In this document: one piece after another, positions 1-11,889 of the stretch
Numbering within the stretch: position 1 is the first letter of the stretch
How the letters are laid out: every line of letters begins with the position of its first letter
Assembly: GCA_022605425.2 (NCBI GenBank)
Contig: CM061250.1
Coordinates: 868,001 to 932,000, forward strand
Source: Hamiltosporidium tvaerminnensis FI-OER-3-3
Lineage: Eukaryota; Fungi; Microsporidia
Direction of reading: 5' to 3'
Length of the DNA stretch: 64,000 nucleotides
Made by a program: the position numbers and the translations under genes
Notes under the pieces: model-generated
What the model was told of the DNA's origin: nothing
Seen by the model: the letters and a program-made list of their open reading frames with translations, nothing else
The model's database searches: none

Positions 1-429
1 ATATTACAACTAAATGTAGCATATGTATTGTATATAGGATTGTAAACACACTTAGGACTGATTATTTTATTTCTAATGAATGTGACTTATTTATTCTAAA
101 TCAATTTAAAATCTACGTGAAAGAAAACAACAATATTTAAATTTTTCTAAAATACTTACTTTTGCTTAAGTTTTAGTAAATAAAGTGAATTTTCTTAATT
201 TTTACATTAGGTTGTATAATGACTCGATAATATCACAACATGGTATTTGACAAGTATAATAATAATAAAATCGAAACATTCGACCCTTAATTTATGCCTA
301 TTCTATTGATTTTTATTAAGCTGAGAAAAAACCTATCCAAGATATTCTCTATTCTATAAAAAAATACCTGAATATTAAGAATGTACAATATTTCACAATT
401 CAAATAATATATTTTATACCTAGATCATG

Positions 430-1152
430 TTTAAAAAAATTGAATGTAGTTTGTCTTCTGATGAAATTAAAACGGTTCTGTGCTGACATTCATAACTGCT
501 CACCTTTTACCTCGTCTTGATTCCCCATAATACGTACATTCCACCGCTTTCATTTTAAAAATTTATATAACGCAAAAAATAACGAGCAGTCGCTCTCATT
601 TCGTTAATTTTTGTTGCCATATGTGTGTAAACATACCAAAACTTCTTAGTATTTCTCAAGACTAGTGGAATTACAGTTACTCCAAATTCTCGAGTTTTAT
701 ATAAATCTGGCTAAGATAAATATCAGGAACTCACATGAGATACACTCAATTATTTAGATAAAGTATCAACAAAAAAAGCCCATAATTTCGTTTTCTTAGC
801 TTTTTATAGGTTATTTTTTTACATTTTCGTGGTCCTGTTTCTAAGAGGAATGAGCAAGGCCAAGTTCTTATCCCTTTGCATGGTAATTTCTCACAAAACC
901 AGTCTTGGTTTCATATCAAGCTACATAGAATAAATAAAAGCCGAGCTTTTACGAACATCTGCAGTATTTTGCAAAACTCATTCAATTTATACAAAATCTA
1001 TGGAACAGCTTATAGTGTAATGTGTAAATTATTTAATTAAAAGTTTAAAACATGTTTTTCTTAATGATTTTTACGGATTTAGACAATAATTTCCAAAAGG
1101 ATTTCATCTAAGCATTACCAAGTAGATAGTTTAAGCTGGTTATACCCCCCCA
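430..1152 (-). mobile_element. Highly degraded old copy of the ~730-bp non-coding retroposon-like element
   Basis: Collinear similarity to intact copies: aacggttctg..cataactgct (~472), tgagcaaggccaagtt..gcatggtaatt (~851), cattaccaagtagatag..ggttatacccccc (~1113). Boundaries approximate. Confidence 0.5.
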
Positions 1153-1743
1153 ATCTTATCCAATCAAAAAAATACGTATAATTGAAATATTAACTTCAAT
1201 ATTGAATTATATAGGAAGCAAAGGAACAAATGATTATTATTCATGTAAAATGCAATGAGAAAAATGATAAAAAGTTAAATCTAGGAAGAACGACTAATTG
1301 TTAAAATTTTGTTTATTCGAGAAATCATAAAAACATTTGAAAATATATAATTTTTTAGATTTAAGCACGTATTTGCAAGAGTTTTGTGGTTATTAGACCA
1401 TACTAAATGATAAAATTTGATCAATCTATAATTTAAGAACTTTATTCATGAATTCCGATTCTCCTAAACAAATAAAAATTCAAGTCTAATGAACAAAACA
1501 AAGATACCCAGATTCAGTATTTCAAAAAAAAGAATCAAAATAAAAGAAAATACCAGGATAAAATGACTTTCCAAATTCAGAATGAAGACTAATTCGTTCT
1601 GTTTAAGGTAAGAAATTAAATAAATAATTTTTATTGAGATTCGGCTAATCTCATGAAGCCGCCTCAAATTATTTAAACTTAAAAAGCCAAGAAATTTTGA
1701 TAAACTATTTCATGTTTTGAAGTTTATTTATATATAGCATATA

Positions 1744-2740
1744 GCAAGAAAAAATGAGCTTGTGAGTGTTAGTGACTCTTCAAGCTGGTTAAAGAGAGGG
1801 AATATTAGACCACGCAATGAAGCTGTGTTCTGCTATATCCAGGATAGAAATGTATTCTGGGAAGCAGATGGTATGTGTCAACATTGCGGAAAGTCTGGTA
1901 AGACTGTAGATCATCTAGCAACTCGATGTGAAAAAATGCTAGGCCAGGACTACACCAGACGGCATAATGAAGTGGTTAGATGCCTACACTCACTTCTCCT
2001 AAATAGATATAAGTTCAAGTCCTCAAAACGAATCAGGGGTCATTCAGTTCAAGAAATTCTTGATAATGAGTATGCAGAGATAAGAGTGGACACCAGAATA
2101 AAACTGATGTCAAAATTCGGAATAACAGACCGGACATATTTATTTTAGATAAGAAGAAGAATAAGATAACACTCATTGAAGTAGGAATCACTTCCCAAGA
2201 TTCACTTCAAATAGTTGAAACTGAAAAACTTAGGAAGTATGACCTGCTAGCCAATGAGTTGGGTCCTATTTATAAGTGTAGTGTTGAGATAATCACTTAT
2301 GTGATGACCTGGGACGGTATTGTGACAAAATACCATAAATCTCATATTAAAAGATTAGAAATACCCATGAATGTAGAGGCATACATTCAGTCTATAGTAC
2401 TTAAGAAAACAGTCGAAACAATTTCCTTTGATCGACGAAGAGGACTTGAGTCAGGACTAAATGCCGAAGAGAGCTGGGAGAGAGCGTCAATGGGTGTTAT
2501 TATGAGATCAGAGATGCATGAGGAACCTATTCCCTTTAAAAGAAGAGAAGAGAGAGGAAGATGGTGGAAAAAATTTAAAACCAAAAAATATTACCCACTT
2601 ATTTCACAAGAAGGAACCACTTTAGAGGAATTGACTAATAACATAAATGAAGAGTCGGAGGAAGAGATAGAAGTGGTTGAAATGGTGGAACGGATTATCT
2701 AAAAAAAGAAAAATTTGTTAACCCAGAATTTTATCAAATA
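1744..2740 (+). mobile_element. 5'-truncated non-LTR retrotransposon (R4/Dong-like, CCHC knuckle plus REL endonuclease), frameshifted
   Basis: ORFs 1762-2148 and 2259-2702 carry CQHC..DHLATRC and RHN motifs; a PD-(D/E)xK-type segment (RPDIFILD..LIEVG..KLRKY) lies across a frameshift. Shares the 3' end CCAGAATTTTAT with other copies. Confidence 0.85.
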
Positions 2741-2804
2741 AAAAAATATAAATATTAAATAATAAACCAATGTTTAATACCAAATAAAAAACAATAAATA
2801 AATA

Positions 2805-5216
2805 CTAATAATCTGTATCTTCATTTTCTTCTGTGTTATTACATAGGTTATACATAGAAACAATCTGTGATGAGGTTGTACTATCTTCTGGTTTTTTATC
2901 TGTTCTTTCTCTTATAAATCTGGGAAATCTAAGTGAAATACCTTTTTTATTACTGTGTTGTCCTGATTTATAGATAGGCGAAAGTGTAAATCCTGCTGCT
3001 TTTACTTCCCATACAAGGGTAGGTGTAATCCATATGTCTGGTTGTGTGTTGTGTGTGTAGATATAATTAGGTGGAGGTTTAGAAATACAAAGAGCAATAT
3101 TATTAGTATTATTATTTGTAATGTTGTTGGTATTATTATTATTAATAATGCTGTTGGTTTTATTAGTATTATCATTGATATTTATTTCTTTAATAGTATT
3201 ATTATTATCTTCTCTATCTCTATCTTCTATTTCTTTTATTTCCTTTTCTTCTATTTCTATATCCCTACCACCATCACTCTCACCACCTATATCACTACTT
3301 ATGGTCAAACCATGTCTTATTTTGTATGAAATAGAAGATAAAATCTGTTCATCAAATCCAGTTCCAATCTTACACACACTCTCATAACAATCAGTCTCAT
3401 CATTATATGAAGCAAGTAAAAAACCACCAAAATTACCTGTTCGTTTTCCTTTACCATAATACGCACCTATAACTACTAAATCAAGTGTGTCAGATATATT
3501 TTGTAAGTAATCTTTCTTTATTTTTATCCAGTTTGAACTTCGCTTGGATGGTGTGTATGTGGAGTGGGTGGTTAGTGTTTTTATCATTATACCTTCACAA
3601 CCATCTAAAATTGATTGTGCAAGGAAATTTTCTATAGATTGTATAATGTCTTCTTGTATATTATTTTCTTCTTTTATTTGGTTGTCTTTTTGTATTTGGT
3701 TGTCTTCTTGTATTTGATTGTCTTCTGTTATATTATTATTTATATTACTATCATTATTTATGTTATTGTCTTCTGTTTTATTATTATCTTTACTTATACT
3801 ATTAATTATATTCTTATCATTAATTAGATTATCACCATTTAATTTACTACCATTATCTAATTTACTATCCAAATCAAAATCCACTTTACTATCAACATCA
3901 CTTATGTCTTTGAATGTTACTATTTTAAATTTGGTGTTTGGGTTAGAAAAATACTTTATAAGGATATTTCTACGGTGTTGTAGGGGGTATTGGAGGAGTT
4001 CAGTGTCTTCAAAAAACAAAATATCAAAAATAAAAACCTGTATTTCAATCTGTATATCTTCAACTCTGACTTCTTTACGCTTACGCGTAGAAAGAAGTTG
4101 AAATGGAAGTATTTTTTGATTACAGAAATCAAAAGCAACGATTTCAGTGTCTAAAATAAAATTTTTATATGGAAATTTACTAATATTAACTTCTAAATCG
4201 GGATATTTTCCAGTTAAGTTTTCTGAATTACGACTGAAAACCATAAATGTGTTGTCAAATTTGTGTATTTGTGCGCGTTCACCGTCGTATTTGTATTCGC
4301 AGGTAAAATGTGTGTTTTGTAATTTTTTGTAGACATTGTTTATGTTATTGTGAGGTTGTGCTAGCATTGGTTTTAAAGGAATTCCACATTTCATTTTACA
4401 GTAGTTGTTTAATTGGTAGGGGCCGTGTTTTATAAGAAGAGGGATTAATTCTTCAAAAACTGGGCATTTGTTGTACGCAAATTTTACTTCTTCAGAACAA
4501 TCAGAATTTAAGGAATATGTGTGTGGGGTTGAGTGGGGAACATGTGAATCGGTAATAGGTAGTACTGAGTTGGTTATTGATGAGCTGGTAATGGATGAGG
4601 CTGAGTCAACATCATATATTTTATATGAGAATGCCTGTGATAGACTTATTAATACTGTTTTTAATGCCAGTCCTATTTTAAGTTTTCCTTCAAATAATCG
4701 TATCAAATATTTTGTTTCTAACGGATTTGATTTAGAAATTAAAAAAATCATTTTATTAATTTTACTATTTATAGATTTAAACCCTTGTTCTTCACTCAGA
4801 GACTGAAGGGTGTGAAAAACTTGAAAAACAGTAAGTTTTGGCTGTTTGGACACAAAAAGTTGAGAAACTCGTTTTTTCATACCAATAAGCCCTAAATCAC
4901 CAGTAACAGACATTTCTTGTTTGATTTTTTGTACTTTTAGACCGGTAACTTCACTAACAACTTTAATTATTGTAGTTTCTCCGATTCCCATTTCCTTATT
5001 GTAATGGTCAGGTGCTATTCTACCTGTACATAGATATAATACCGTTATCAATAAAGAAGAATCGTTATTTATTTTTTTAAAATAATTTGAAAGTATTTCT
5101 TGGATTTCAAGTCTTTTTTTTGTTTTACTTATGTCTTCTAATATTTCACATAAGGTTATAAAAAGTGTGAGATTGTCTGTTTTATTGTCTTTTTTATTGT
5201 CTGTTTGGTTGTTCAT
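2805..5216 (-). CDS. CDC9: ATP-dependent DNA ligase I
   Basis: Motifs EYKYDGERAQIH (adenylation Lys), ILDTE, FIFDIL, EGIMIK, WIKIKKDY, SLRFPRFIRER; N-terminal DNA-binding domain; CCC upstream of ATG. Confidence 0.97.
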   Translation of the reverse strand: MNNQTDNKKDNKTDNLTLFITLCEILEDISKTKKRLEIQEILSNYFKKINNDSSLLITVLYLCTGRIAPDHYNKEMGIGETTIIKVVSEVTGLKVQKIKQEMSVTGDLGLIGMKKRVSQLFVSKQPKLTVFQVFHTLQSLSEEQGFKSINSKINKMIFLISKSNPLETKYLIRLFEGKLKIGLALKTVLISLSQAFSYKIYDVDSASSITSSSITNSVLPITDSHVPHSTPHTYSLNSDCSEEVKFAYNKCPVFEELIPLLIKHGPYQLNNYCKMKCGIPLKPMLAQPHNNINNVYKKLQNTHFTCEYKYDGERAQIHKFDNTFMVFSRNSENLTGKYPDLEVNISKFPYKNFILDTEIVAFDFCNQKILPFQLLSTRKRKEVRVEDIQIEIQVFIFDILFFEDTELLQYPLQHRRNILIKYFSNPNTKFKIVTFKDISDVDSKVDFDLDSKLDNGSKLNGDNLINDKNIINSISKDNNKTEDNNINNDSNINNNITEDNQIQEDNQIQKDNQIKEENNIQEDIIQSIENFLAQSILDGCEGIMIKTLTTHSTYTPSKRSSNWIKIKKDYLQNISDTLDLVVIGAYYGKGKRTGNFGGFLLASYNDETDCYESVCKIGTGFDEQILSSISYKIRHGLTISSDIGGESDGGRDIEIEEKEIKEIEDRDREDNNNTIKEININDNTNKTNSIINNNNTNNITNNNTNNIALCISKPPPNYIYTHNTQPDIWITPTLVWEVKAAGFTLSPIYKSGQHSNKKGISLRFPRFIRERTDKKPEDSTTSSQIVSMYNLCNNTEENEDTDY

Positions 5217-5487
5217 TTTATTTGGTGGGATTGAATTGAGATTTTATAAATTATTTAAAAAAATGTTAGATGGGTAGATTAAAGATGGATGAATGTAGGG
5301 ATTATAAAGCTGGCTTTAAGGTGAATATAATAATTAAAATAAAAAAAATGAAATAAAATAATTTGAAAGTAAACTATAATAAACCAAAGATATAAACGAT
5401 AATCCAAGTTAATAACAAAATATATAACTAAAACAAAGAACATAAATCAAATCAAAGAATAAAAAGAAAACAAATAAAATAATCGCT

Positions 5488-7437
5488 TTATTCATTTCTC
5501 TTTTGCTTGGTGAAAGGAACCAAATGAAAAATAAAATTATCATCACAATAATAGAAACCGAACCTTTCAAATTGAAAAATATCTCCTTTTTTGACTTCTG
5601 TAATAGAATTTTCACATAACAAATATGTCTCCTTATAAGAATTATGATTGAATGCAGTGTGGAGGTCTTGGGATTCCATATTACTAATTAAATTGCCGTA
5701 TTCGATGCTTTTAACAGTGACACTTCCTACTTTGGATATCCAGTTGATTTTGTGTTTGGTCTGCTTATAATCACCGGTGGGATTCAATTTCAAAGAAAGT
5801 TTTTTTACTAAATTTTTTTCTTGGATTTTTTTAGTGACAATCGCATTTCCAATATTCATTAACGTAAATTCTTCAAGCTCGTTTAAATTGGTGGCATCAA
5901 ATTGTGATAGAATGATTTGCGAGGAAAATAAAACTTTTTTTTCGCCTAAAAAATTGTTTTTGCGGTGTCTGGGAACTGAAATTGTGGTGTTTTTGGTGTT
6001 TTCTATTTCACAAATTACAAAATCTTTTTCTTCTACACACGAAAATCGAGGTGCAATATTTTCGATCTTTTTTTTATTTAATGCCCATATTTTGTCCCAG
6101 GAAATTGTACTGGTTTTTTGGCTGGCACCTTGCATTAGGATGTATTCTTTTAGAACATCTACTTGAAGGCCAAGTCGTAGTATTCCTCGTATTGTTGGCA
6201 TTCGTGGATCATCCCATCCAGTGACATATCCATTTTCTACATAAAATTTAAGTTTTCTTTTGCTTAAAACTGTATTTTCGAAATTCAAACGTGAGAAATC
6301 AAATATTTCAGGTTTATTTTCAAGATCAAGATTTTCTAAAAACCATTTATACTGAGAATTTCTATCTTTGTACTCATTAGTTCGTAATGTGTGTGTCACT
6401 TCTTCTAAACTATCTACTATCGGACATGTAAAATCATAGGTAGGATACACATTGTATTTAGAACCTGTCCTATGATGCAAAACATTGCTATATCTGTAAA
6501 TGACAGGATCTCTCAATGCCTTATTTAAATTTAAATAATCTATTTTGGCTCTCAAACAATATTCAGTATTTTTACCGTTTATTATTCCTTTAAATATCTC
6601 GGTACAGGTGTTTACACCCATATCTCTGTTTCTAGATTTAACTCCTTCATCTCTCTGTTTTCTCATCGTTTCTAAATCAGTGTCATCACAATATGCAAGA
6701 TTCTTATTAATCAATAAAAATGCAAACTCCAAAATTTGATCAAAATAATCGCTAGAATGCGATAAAATATAATTTTTAATTCCCAACCGATGTAAATCCT
6801 CAAGAATGACATCTTCAAATTCCTGTTTTTCTTTACTTGGATTGGTATCATCAAATCTTACACGTAAGGTTCCATTATTAATATGAGAAAAATGATAATT
6901 CAAAAGTGCGGCTTTTACATGTCCAATGTGTAAATAACCACTTGGTTCAGGTGGAAACCTAGTAATCACTTTGCTTCCTTTAATCTCCCAATCTAGATTT
7001 CCTTGATCTTTTTTATTTTTAAACGTCTCAGATTTTAATTTAGAATATTTCTCAATAAATTCTTTATTTTCAATTTTTAATTTTTCATATAAAGAAACCG
7101 TTTTTTCATATTCCGGTAATGAAAACCTGGTTTGTATCGAATTGGTAAACAAAGGTGTTGTGTGCAACAAAGCAAACAGTAAGTCTTTATGTTCATCAGA
7201 CTTAAAATCAAAATTTACTGACATACTAATAAAATTTTCCATATCATCATATTTTGTTGGAAACGAATATGAAAATAGAAATATTGTTGTAGGAGAATCT
7301 GTAAAAATGTCTTTTATGTAAGAAAGTGGTATTTCTTTTGTGTTTAATGAACATTCTATATCATTTTTTGTATATTTTTTTGTTATTAAATAAGTAACAA
7401 AATTCTTTTGAAGAGTAGGATTTATTGTTGTTATCAT
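5488..7437 (-). CDS. GUS1: Cytosolic glutamyl-tRNA synthetase
   Basis: TRFPPEPSGYLHIGH (HIGH), RFDDTNP, YPTYDF, VLSKRKL and GWDDPRMPT, typical of eukaryotic GluRS; CCC upstream of ATG. Confidence 0.95.
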   Translation of the reverse strand: MITTINPTLQKNFVTYLITKKYTKNDIECSLNTKEIPLSYIKDIFTDSPTTIFLFSYSFPTKYDDMENFISMSVNFDFKSDEHKDLLFALLHTTPLFTNSIQTRFSLPEYEKTVSLYEKLKIENKEFIEKYSKLKSETFKNKKDQGNLDWEIKGSKVITRFPPEPSGYLHIGHVKAALLNYHFSHINNGTLRVRFDDTNPSKEKQEFEDVILEDLHRLGIKNYILSHSSDYFDQILEFAFLLINKNLAYCDDTDLETMRKQRDEGVKSRNRDMGVNTCTEIFKGIINGKNTEYCLRAKIDYLNLNKALRDPVIYRYSNVLHHRTGSKYNVYPTYDFTCPIVDSLEEVTHTLRTNEYKDRNSQYKWFLENLDLENKPEIFDFSRLNFENTVLSKRKLKFYVENGYVTGWDDPRMPTIRGILRLGLQVDVLKEYILMQGASQKTSTISWDKIWALNKKKIENIAPRFSCVEEKDFVICEIENTKNTTISVPRHRKNNFLGEKKVLFSSQIILSQFDATNLNELEEFTLMNIGNAIVTKKIQEKNLVKKLSLKLNPTGDYKQTKHKINWISKVGSVTVKSIEYGNLISNMESQDLHTAFNHNSYKETYLLCENSITEVKKGDIFQFERFGFYYCDDNFIFHLVPFTKQKRNE

Positions 7438-7899
7438 TTGTATTTTGGTAGGGTTTTAAATTTTTAAAAAGATAAGAAATTGTTTTTTAATCATAAAAAA
7501 AAATTTAAATATAAAAAGGATATATCGAAGATATAAGTTAGAAACGTTATATAAGAATAATAAAGAAAGTTATCGAGATTATAAGAAATAAGATAAAAGA
7601 AGAAATCTAAAGGTTGGAGTAATTTAAAAATAATATGAAGGTAAAGGAAAATAAAAGATTAAAATGAAAGATAAGAATGTATTAATAGATTATACGAAAT
7701 ATGATAAAAAGAAGAGAGCTAAAAACTAGAAGTAATTTATAAATAGTATGAAAAGATGTACAAATATAAAAAATATTTATACAACTGAGAAATTAAGAAT
7801 TAAGCTATTTTAAAAATGTTTTTTATATTTGGTTCGATATAAATTGCTTGTGAAGTTACAAAAGAAAAATCTTTTATGATTTCTTTAATTATATTTGAC

Positions 7900-8612
7900 A
7901 GTGAAGGGAGTATGACCACAGTAAAAAAAATGAGCTTGGAAATGTGCGTCGGAAATTTATGTATGCACTCATTGTAAGAATTTTTTATGTGAATAAAACA
8001 ACAATATATTTTAAGTTCTTTCATGGAAGTTTATATTAGAAGGACAAAGTCTAAGAAATATCGAAACTTTTTCTACAAATTTATTACTAGTTTTTTATGT
8101 AACTAGATTGCAGACTGCAGCTGATCATGTGAGTAATCGCAATGTAAAAATATGGAAAACTAGCCCTTCTTCACACAGAACAGAAGACTTGGCACAAAGG
8201 AGATATAAAAACTATTTAGAGCCGGAAAAGCTAAGTAGCATATTATACCTGTTGGTATGACATTGCACTGTCTAGGTGGACCCCATGTAAGACTCGGAAA
8301 TATATCTTAGCAAGAATTTTATTGGGTTCAGAAAGTGTAGAGTAAGTGGGAATGCTGCATATTCTTGGAGGAGCCCAGGAAGGGCTTCTATCACACTCGA
8401 TGAAACAGAGATTAACGAACTCCGAGCAACTGCCTCACCTAGTAATTAGATTTACACACCTGGTGGAAGAAAGTCTTTGAGATTAGGTATCGTAGGGGGT
8501 ACTGATGGAGTGTCGGAGTAGCATTTATTTATATTAAACCTAGAACTGCATTAATGTCATGAAAACAAATATAACACTTGCTACTATTTAAAAAGATGTG
8601 ATACTTTTAAAT
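7900..8612 (+). mobile_element. ~730-bp non-coding retroposon-like element
   Basis: Starts gtgaagggagtatgaccac, ends aaagatgtgatacttttaaat; collinear with the 38655-39385 copy. Confidence 0.85.
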
Positions 8613-8723
8613 GAACTAATCAATTATGTATAAAATCAAATTTTGTTAAATTTCTTTACTTTTAAAAGAAGAACTTCAACATATTAAGCTTAATAAAAAA
8701 ATAAATTTTCAAAACTTTTAATA

Positions 8724-11069
8724 TCAATTTTTACTAAATTTTAACATTTCTTGTGGAAATTCTTCTTTTAAATATAACAAATAATCTTTATCATTATCTT
8801 CAATAATATTAATTTCTTCTAATTTTGGAAAAGATAATCCCTTTAAGGCCGTAAAACAAGAACCCTTTTGGCTTTTCTGAATATTATTTAACGTAAGATT
8901 CTCCATTGAAGATAAGCGATTCGAAGATTTGACATCATTTAAATACAAATCCATATTGATTAAACAAAGAGATTTTAAATTTTCAGAAAAAGTAGAATGA
9001 TTAAGAATATAACTTAAAGAATGAGCTTCTTCCGTATATCTTACATTATTTAGAGTCAGATTAACTATACTTCTCATTGAACGAAACACGAAAGCTTCAT
9101 TTAAATTTAATTCAATATCTTTAAGTATAAATCTTTTAAAACTACAATCTCTAAAATATAAAGCTATTAGATTAAATTCTAAATTATTTGCATCTTTGTT
9201 TGATAGGTTTGAGATCTCGTTATTAGAAATATCTAAAAGTGTGTTAGAATTGAATATTTCGCTATCAAATTGTGAATTATGCCTAACCATCTCAAATTTC
9301 ATATAAGTTCCTGAATAATTATATCTTTTTAAATTTTTTATTCTAAAAACAAAATTGTTGTAAAAAAATGAAGGAATAAAATTCGAATCAAAGATATCCA
9401 ATGTCTCTAAAGAGTTGTTAAGAGAAGATGGATTTTGAAATAAATCAGGAACAACTTTGATCTGGCATTTTACAAGAGAAAGGAATTTTATATCAGAAGC
9501 ATTTAAGATCTGGTTTAAAAGCTCAGAACCTATAACAAATTTCTGCAATTTTAGACTTTTCAACTTGTATTTTCCAAAATTAGGTAATAATAAATCTTTA
9601 TTTCCTTTGATTGTTTCATTGTTACAAATACACAATCCAGTAAGGTTTGGAAATACAGAAAAAAAATTTAAAATTTCATCTGCACTAAAATTAGCTATTT
9701 CTACAGAGATTGATGTAAGAACATTTCCGTACGATTTAACTATCATAGATTTAAACGCATCATCGCCAATGCTAAAATATTTGCGAATTGAAAAATTGTA
9801 ACAAGGAATTTTTTTCGGCATTTCTACTGTTAAATTTTTTGATGTATTCAAAAAATCTTCACAAGTAATGCTTAGCGATTCTAAATTCATACCTTTTACA
9901 ACTTCAAATATCAAATCCAATACTGAATTTGATAGAATTTCAACCTCAATTATAAGATTTCTCAATTTTTTAAATCCAAATAATTTATACATAGAGGCTG
10001 TATCCAATGTTTTATCTTTAATCTTCAAGATTCTTATAGTTTCTGTAAATGAAAAAACACATAATAAACCCAATATTCTATATGTTAATGTATCATGAAC
10101 ATAAAGAATATCTGCTTTTTGTGGTATAAGATCCATTAAAAGTCCGAATTCAAAAATATTAACTTCCTGAAAATCGGTAACTTCGACTATATTAACATTT
10201 ATAAGTTTTAAGAGGAAATTTAAAAACGGTTGTTTGGAAAAAGAACGATAGAAAGTTTTCCAGGTATATACGAGAGTTGGTGAAAGAGTGATATCAACAT
10301 TGTCTTCATCATTTAAGAATAAAGTATTTTTGTCTAAAATTTCACCTTCAAATGTTTCAGAGAGATTATTTCTGTAAAAGATAAAATTTGTTTGTAAATA
10401 ATGAAGTAATATGTCAAATGATTTTTGAATCACCCAGTTATCTATTCCTTGCTGCAATATTCGGAAATCTATCGTCAAATTCCTGAAATACTCATCGTTT
10501 AGCTTTTGATTATAGTATAAAATCAATTCCTTTAGAAAATACTCAAATTTTTTGTCATTTTTTATTTCAAAAAATTTTGAAAGGCTTAGGAAATCCAAAA
10601 ATGTATTTTGACTTAAAGTTTCGTACAAAAGGAAACCGCCGTATTTTAAAAATAAAACGAAAACTTCTAACTGTTTTTTCGGTAATTTTCCGAAAAAAAA
10701 ATTCTTTATTTCTGGATTTCTTTCAAATAATCCAACAGTAAATTCTGATTTATTATTGTATTGAACTGCAAAATTATTGATTGTTTTGGCTAGATGATTT
10801 GACTTAATATAGTCTTTAAATTCGGGAATTTCGTAACATTTATTTTCATCTTTCACAAATATAGTAGTGCTTGCCACTATTGAATCGAATGTGTTTGAAT
10901 TTGTTCTACTTTGGCCAATTTCAACTGTTTTATCTACGTAAAATAATCTAATATCTATGCATTTGCTGAAAATGAATGAAATTAGAAGTACTTTCATTAA
11001 TATTTTGTTTTGGAATAAAAAGTTTTTTATAAAACTATTGACTACATTATTCTTTGAATATGTTTGCAT
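8724..11069 (-). CDS. Lineage-specific leucine-rich-repeat-like protein, possibly secreted
   Basis: 781-aa ORF with CCCC upstream of ATG; hydrophobic segment MKVLLISFIFSKC near the N-terminus; repeated LxxLxL/I units (LESLSI, LTGLCI, LKSLKL, LETLDI, LKSLCL, LEEINI). Confidence 0.75.
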   Translation of the reverse strand: MQTYSKNNVVNSFIKNFLFQNKILMKVLLISFIFSKCIDIRLFYVDKTVEIGQSRTNSNTFDSIVASTTIFVKDENKCYEIPEFKDYIKSNHLAKTINNFAVQYNNKSEFTVGLFERNPEIKNFFFGKLPKKQLEVFVLFLKYGGFLLYETLSQNTFLDFLSLSKFFEIKNDKKFEYFLKELILYYNQKLNDEYFRNLTIDFRILQQGIDNWVIQKSFDILLHYLQTNFIFYRNNLSETFEGEILDKNTLFLNDEDNVDITLSPTLVYTWKTFYRSFSKQPFLNFLLKLINVNIVEVTDFQEVNIFEFGLLMDLIPQKADILYVHDTLTYRILGLLCVFSFTETIRILKIKDKTLDTASMYKLFGFKKLRNLIIEVEILSNSVLDLIFEVVKGMNLESLSITCEDFLNTSKNLTVEMPKKIPCYNFSIRKYFSIGDDAFKSMIVKSYGNVLTSISVEIANFSADEILNFFSVFPNLTGLCICNNETIKGNKDLLLPNFGKYKLKSLKLQKFVIGSELLNQILNASDIKFLSLVKCQIKVVPDLFQNPSSLNNSLETLDIFDSNFIPSFFYNNFVFRIKNLKRYNYSGTYMKFEMVRHNSQFDSEIFNSNTLLDISNNEISNLSNKDANNLEFNLIALYFRDCSFKRFILKDIELNLNEAFVFRSMRSIVNLTLNNVRYTEEAHSLSYILNHSTFSENLKSLCLINMDLYLNDVKSSNRLSSMENLTLNNIQKSQKGSCFTALKGLSFPKLEEINIIEDNDKDYLLYLKEEFPQEMLKFSKN

Positions 11070-11676
11070 TTTATTGGGGTATTTAATTTTATTTTATTTA
11101 TAGAACATATTTAAATAGTTAATTTGTCTCATTTACTCACTTAATTTGTTCAATTTTTTAAACTATAAATGTCTTAAGCGAAAAAATTTAAACTAAAAAA
11201 ACAAAGAAATTCGCAATATTCTTTGAAAAGTGATGAACTATTGCGAAAATAGAAGTGCTTTTTTATACGGTGAAAATCAGTGAAAGATATTAAATTATTA
11301 CTACTAGAGTTAAAAGACAGTATTATGGCAATATTGGCAGCATAACACAAATTTTAGAGCCTAAACTTAATTTTTTTAACAAATATAACGTTAAATATTT
11401 CAAAAAACAAAAAAATATATCTCTATCAAATTTTGACTTGTGATCTAGAACAAATGTTCGAATTCAAAACTTAGTAGGTAATGTATGCATATCATTTTAC
11501 AATTGGATAAGACTAGTTTTGACTCCGTATTAGCTTTTCAAGATTTAATTCTGGTTTTTGTGGGGAAAAATTCAAAGGTACGACTTTGGGTAAAAATCTG
11601 ATACTTTTTTATATAAGCAGCGCTGGGAATTTGTGCCGAATTAGTTTGAAGTATTTTCTATTTTATATTCGAGTAA

Positions 11677-11889
11677 ATGCATCTACAAAATGAAAACGAC
11701 ATACTTCGGAATGTTTTATTGGTACTAAAAAATAAATTAACATATAATAGTGTTCATATCACAAAAAATACTTTTTCGGGATTGATTGAGTTTTTTAAAA
11801 CCAAATTAACATATAATCATGTTCCTATTGTAAAAAAAAACTTTATTCGGAATTGTTTAAGTTATTTAAAAATAATATACTACAAATAA
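11677..11889 (+). pseudogene. Possible relic of an LRR-encoding gene (imperfect ~69-bp tandem repeat)
   Basis: KLTYNSVHITKNTFSGL and KLTYNHVPIVKKNFIRN recur with a 23-aa period resembling LRR units; surrounding frames are broken. Confidence 0.3.

Noticed and set aside
3042-6739. Plus-strand ORFs overlapping ligase and GluRS (similar cases in the LRR, NPL and trehalase genes)
   Set aside because: Antisense shadows of real genes and low-complexity inserts.
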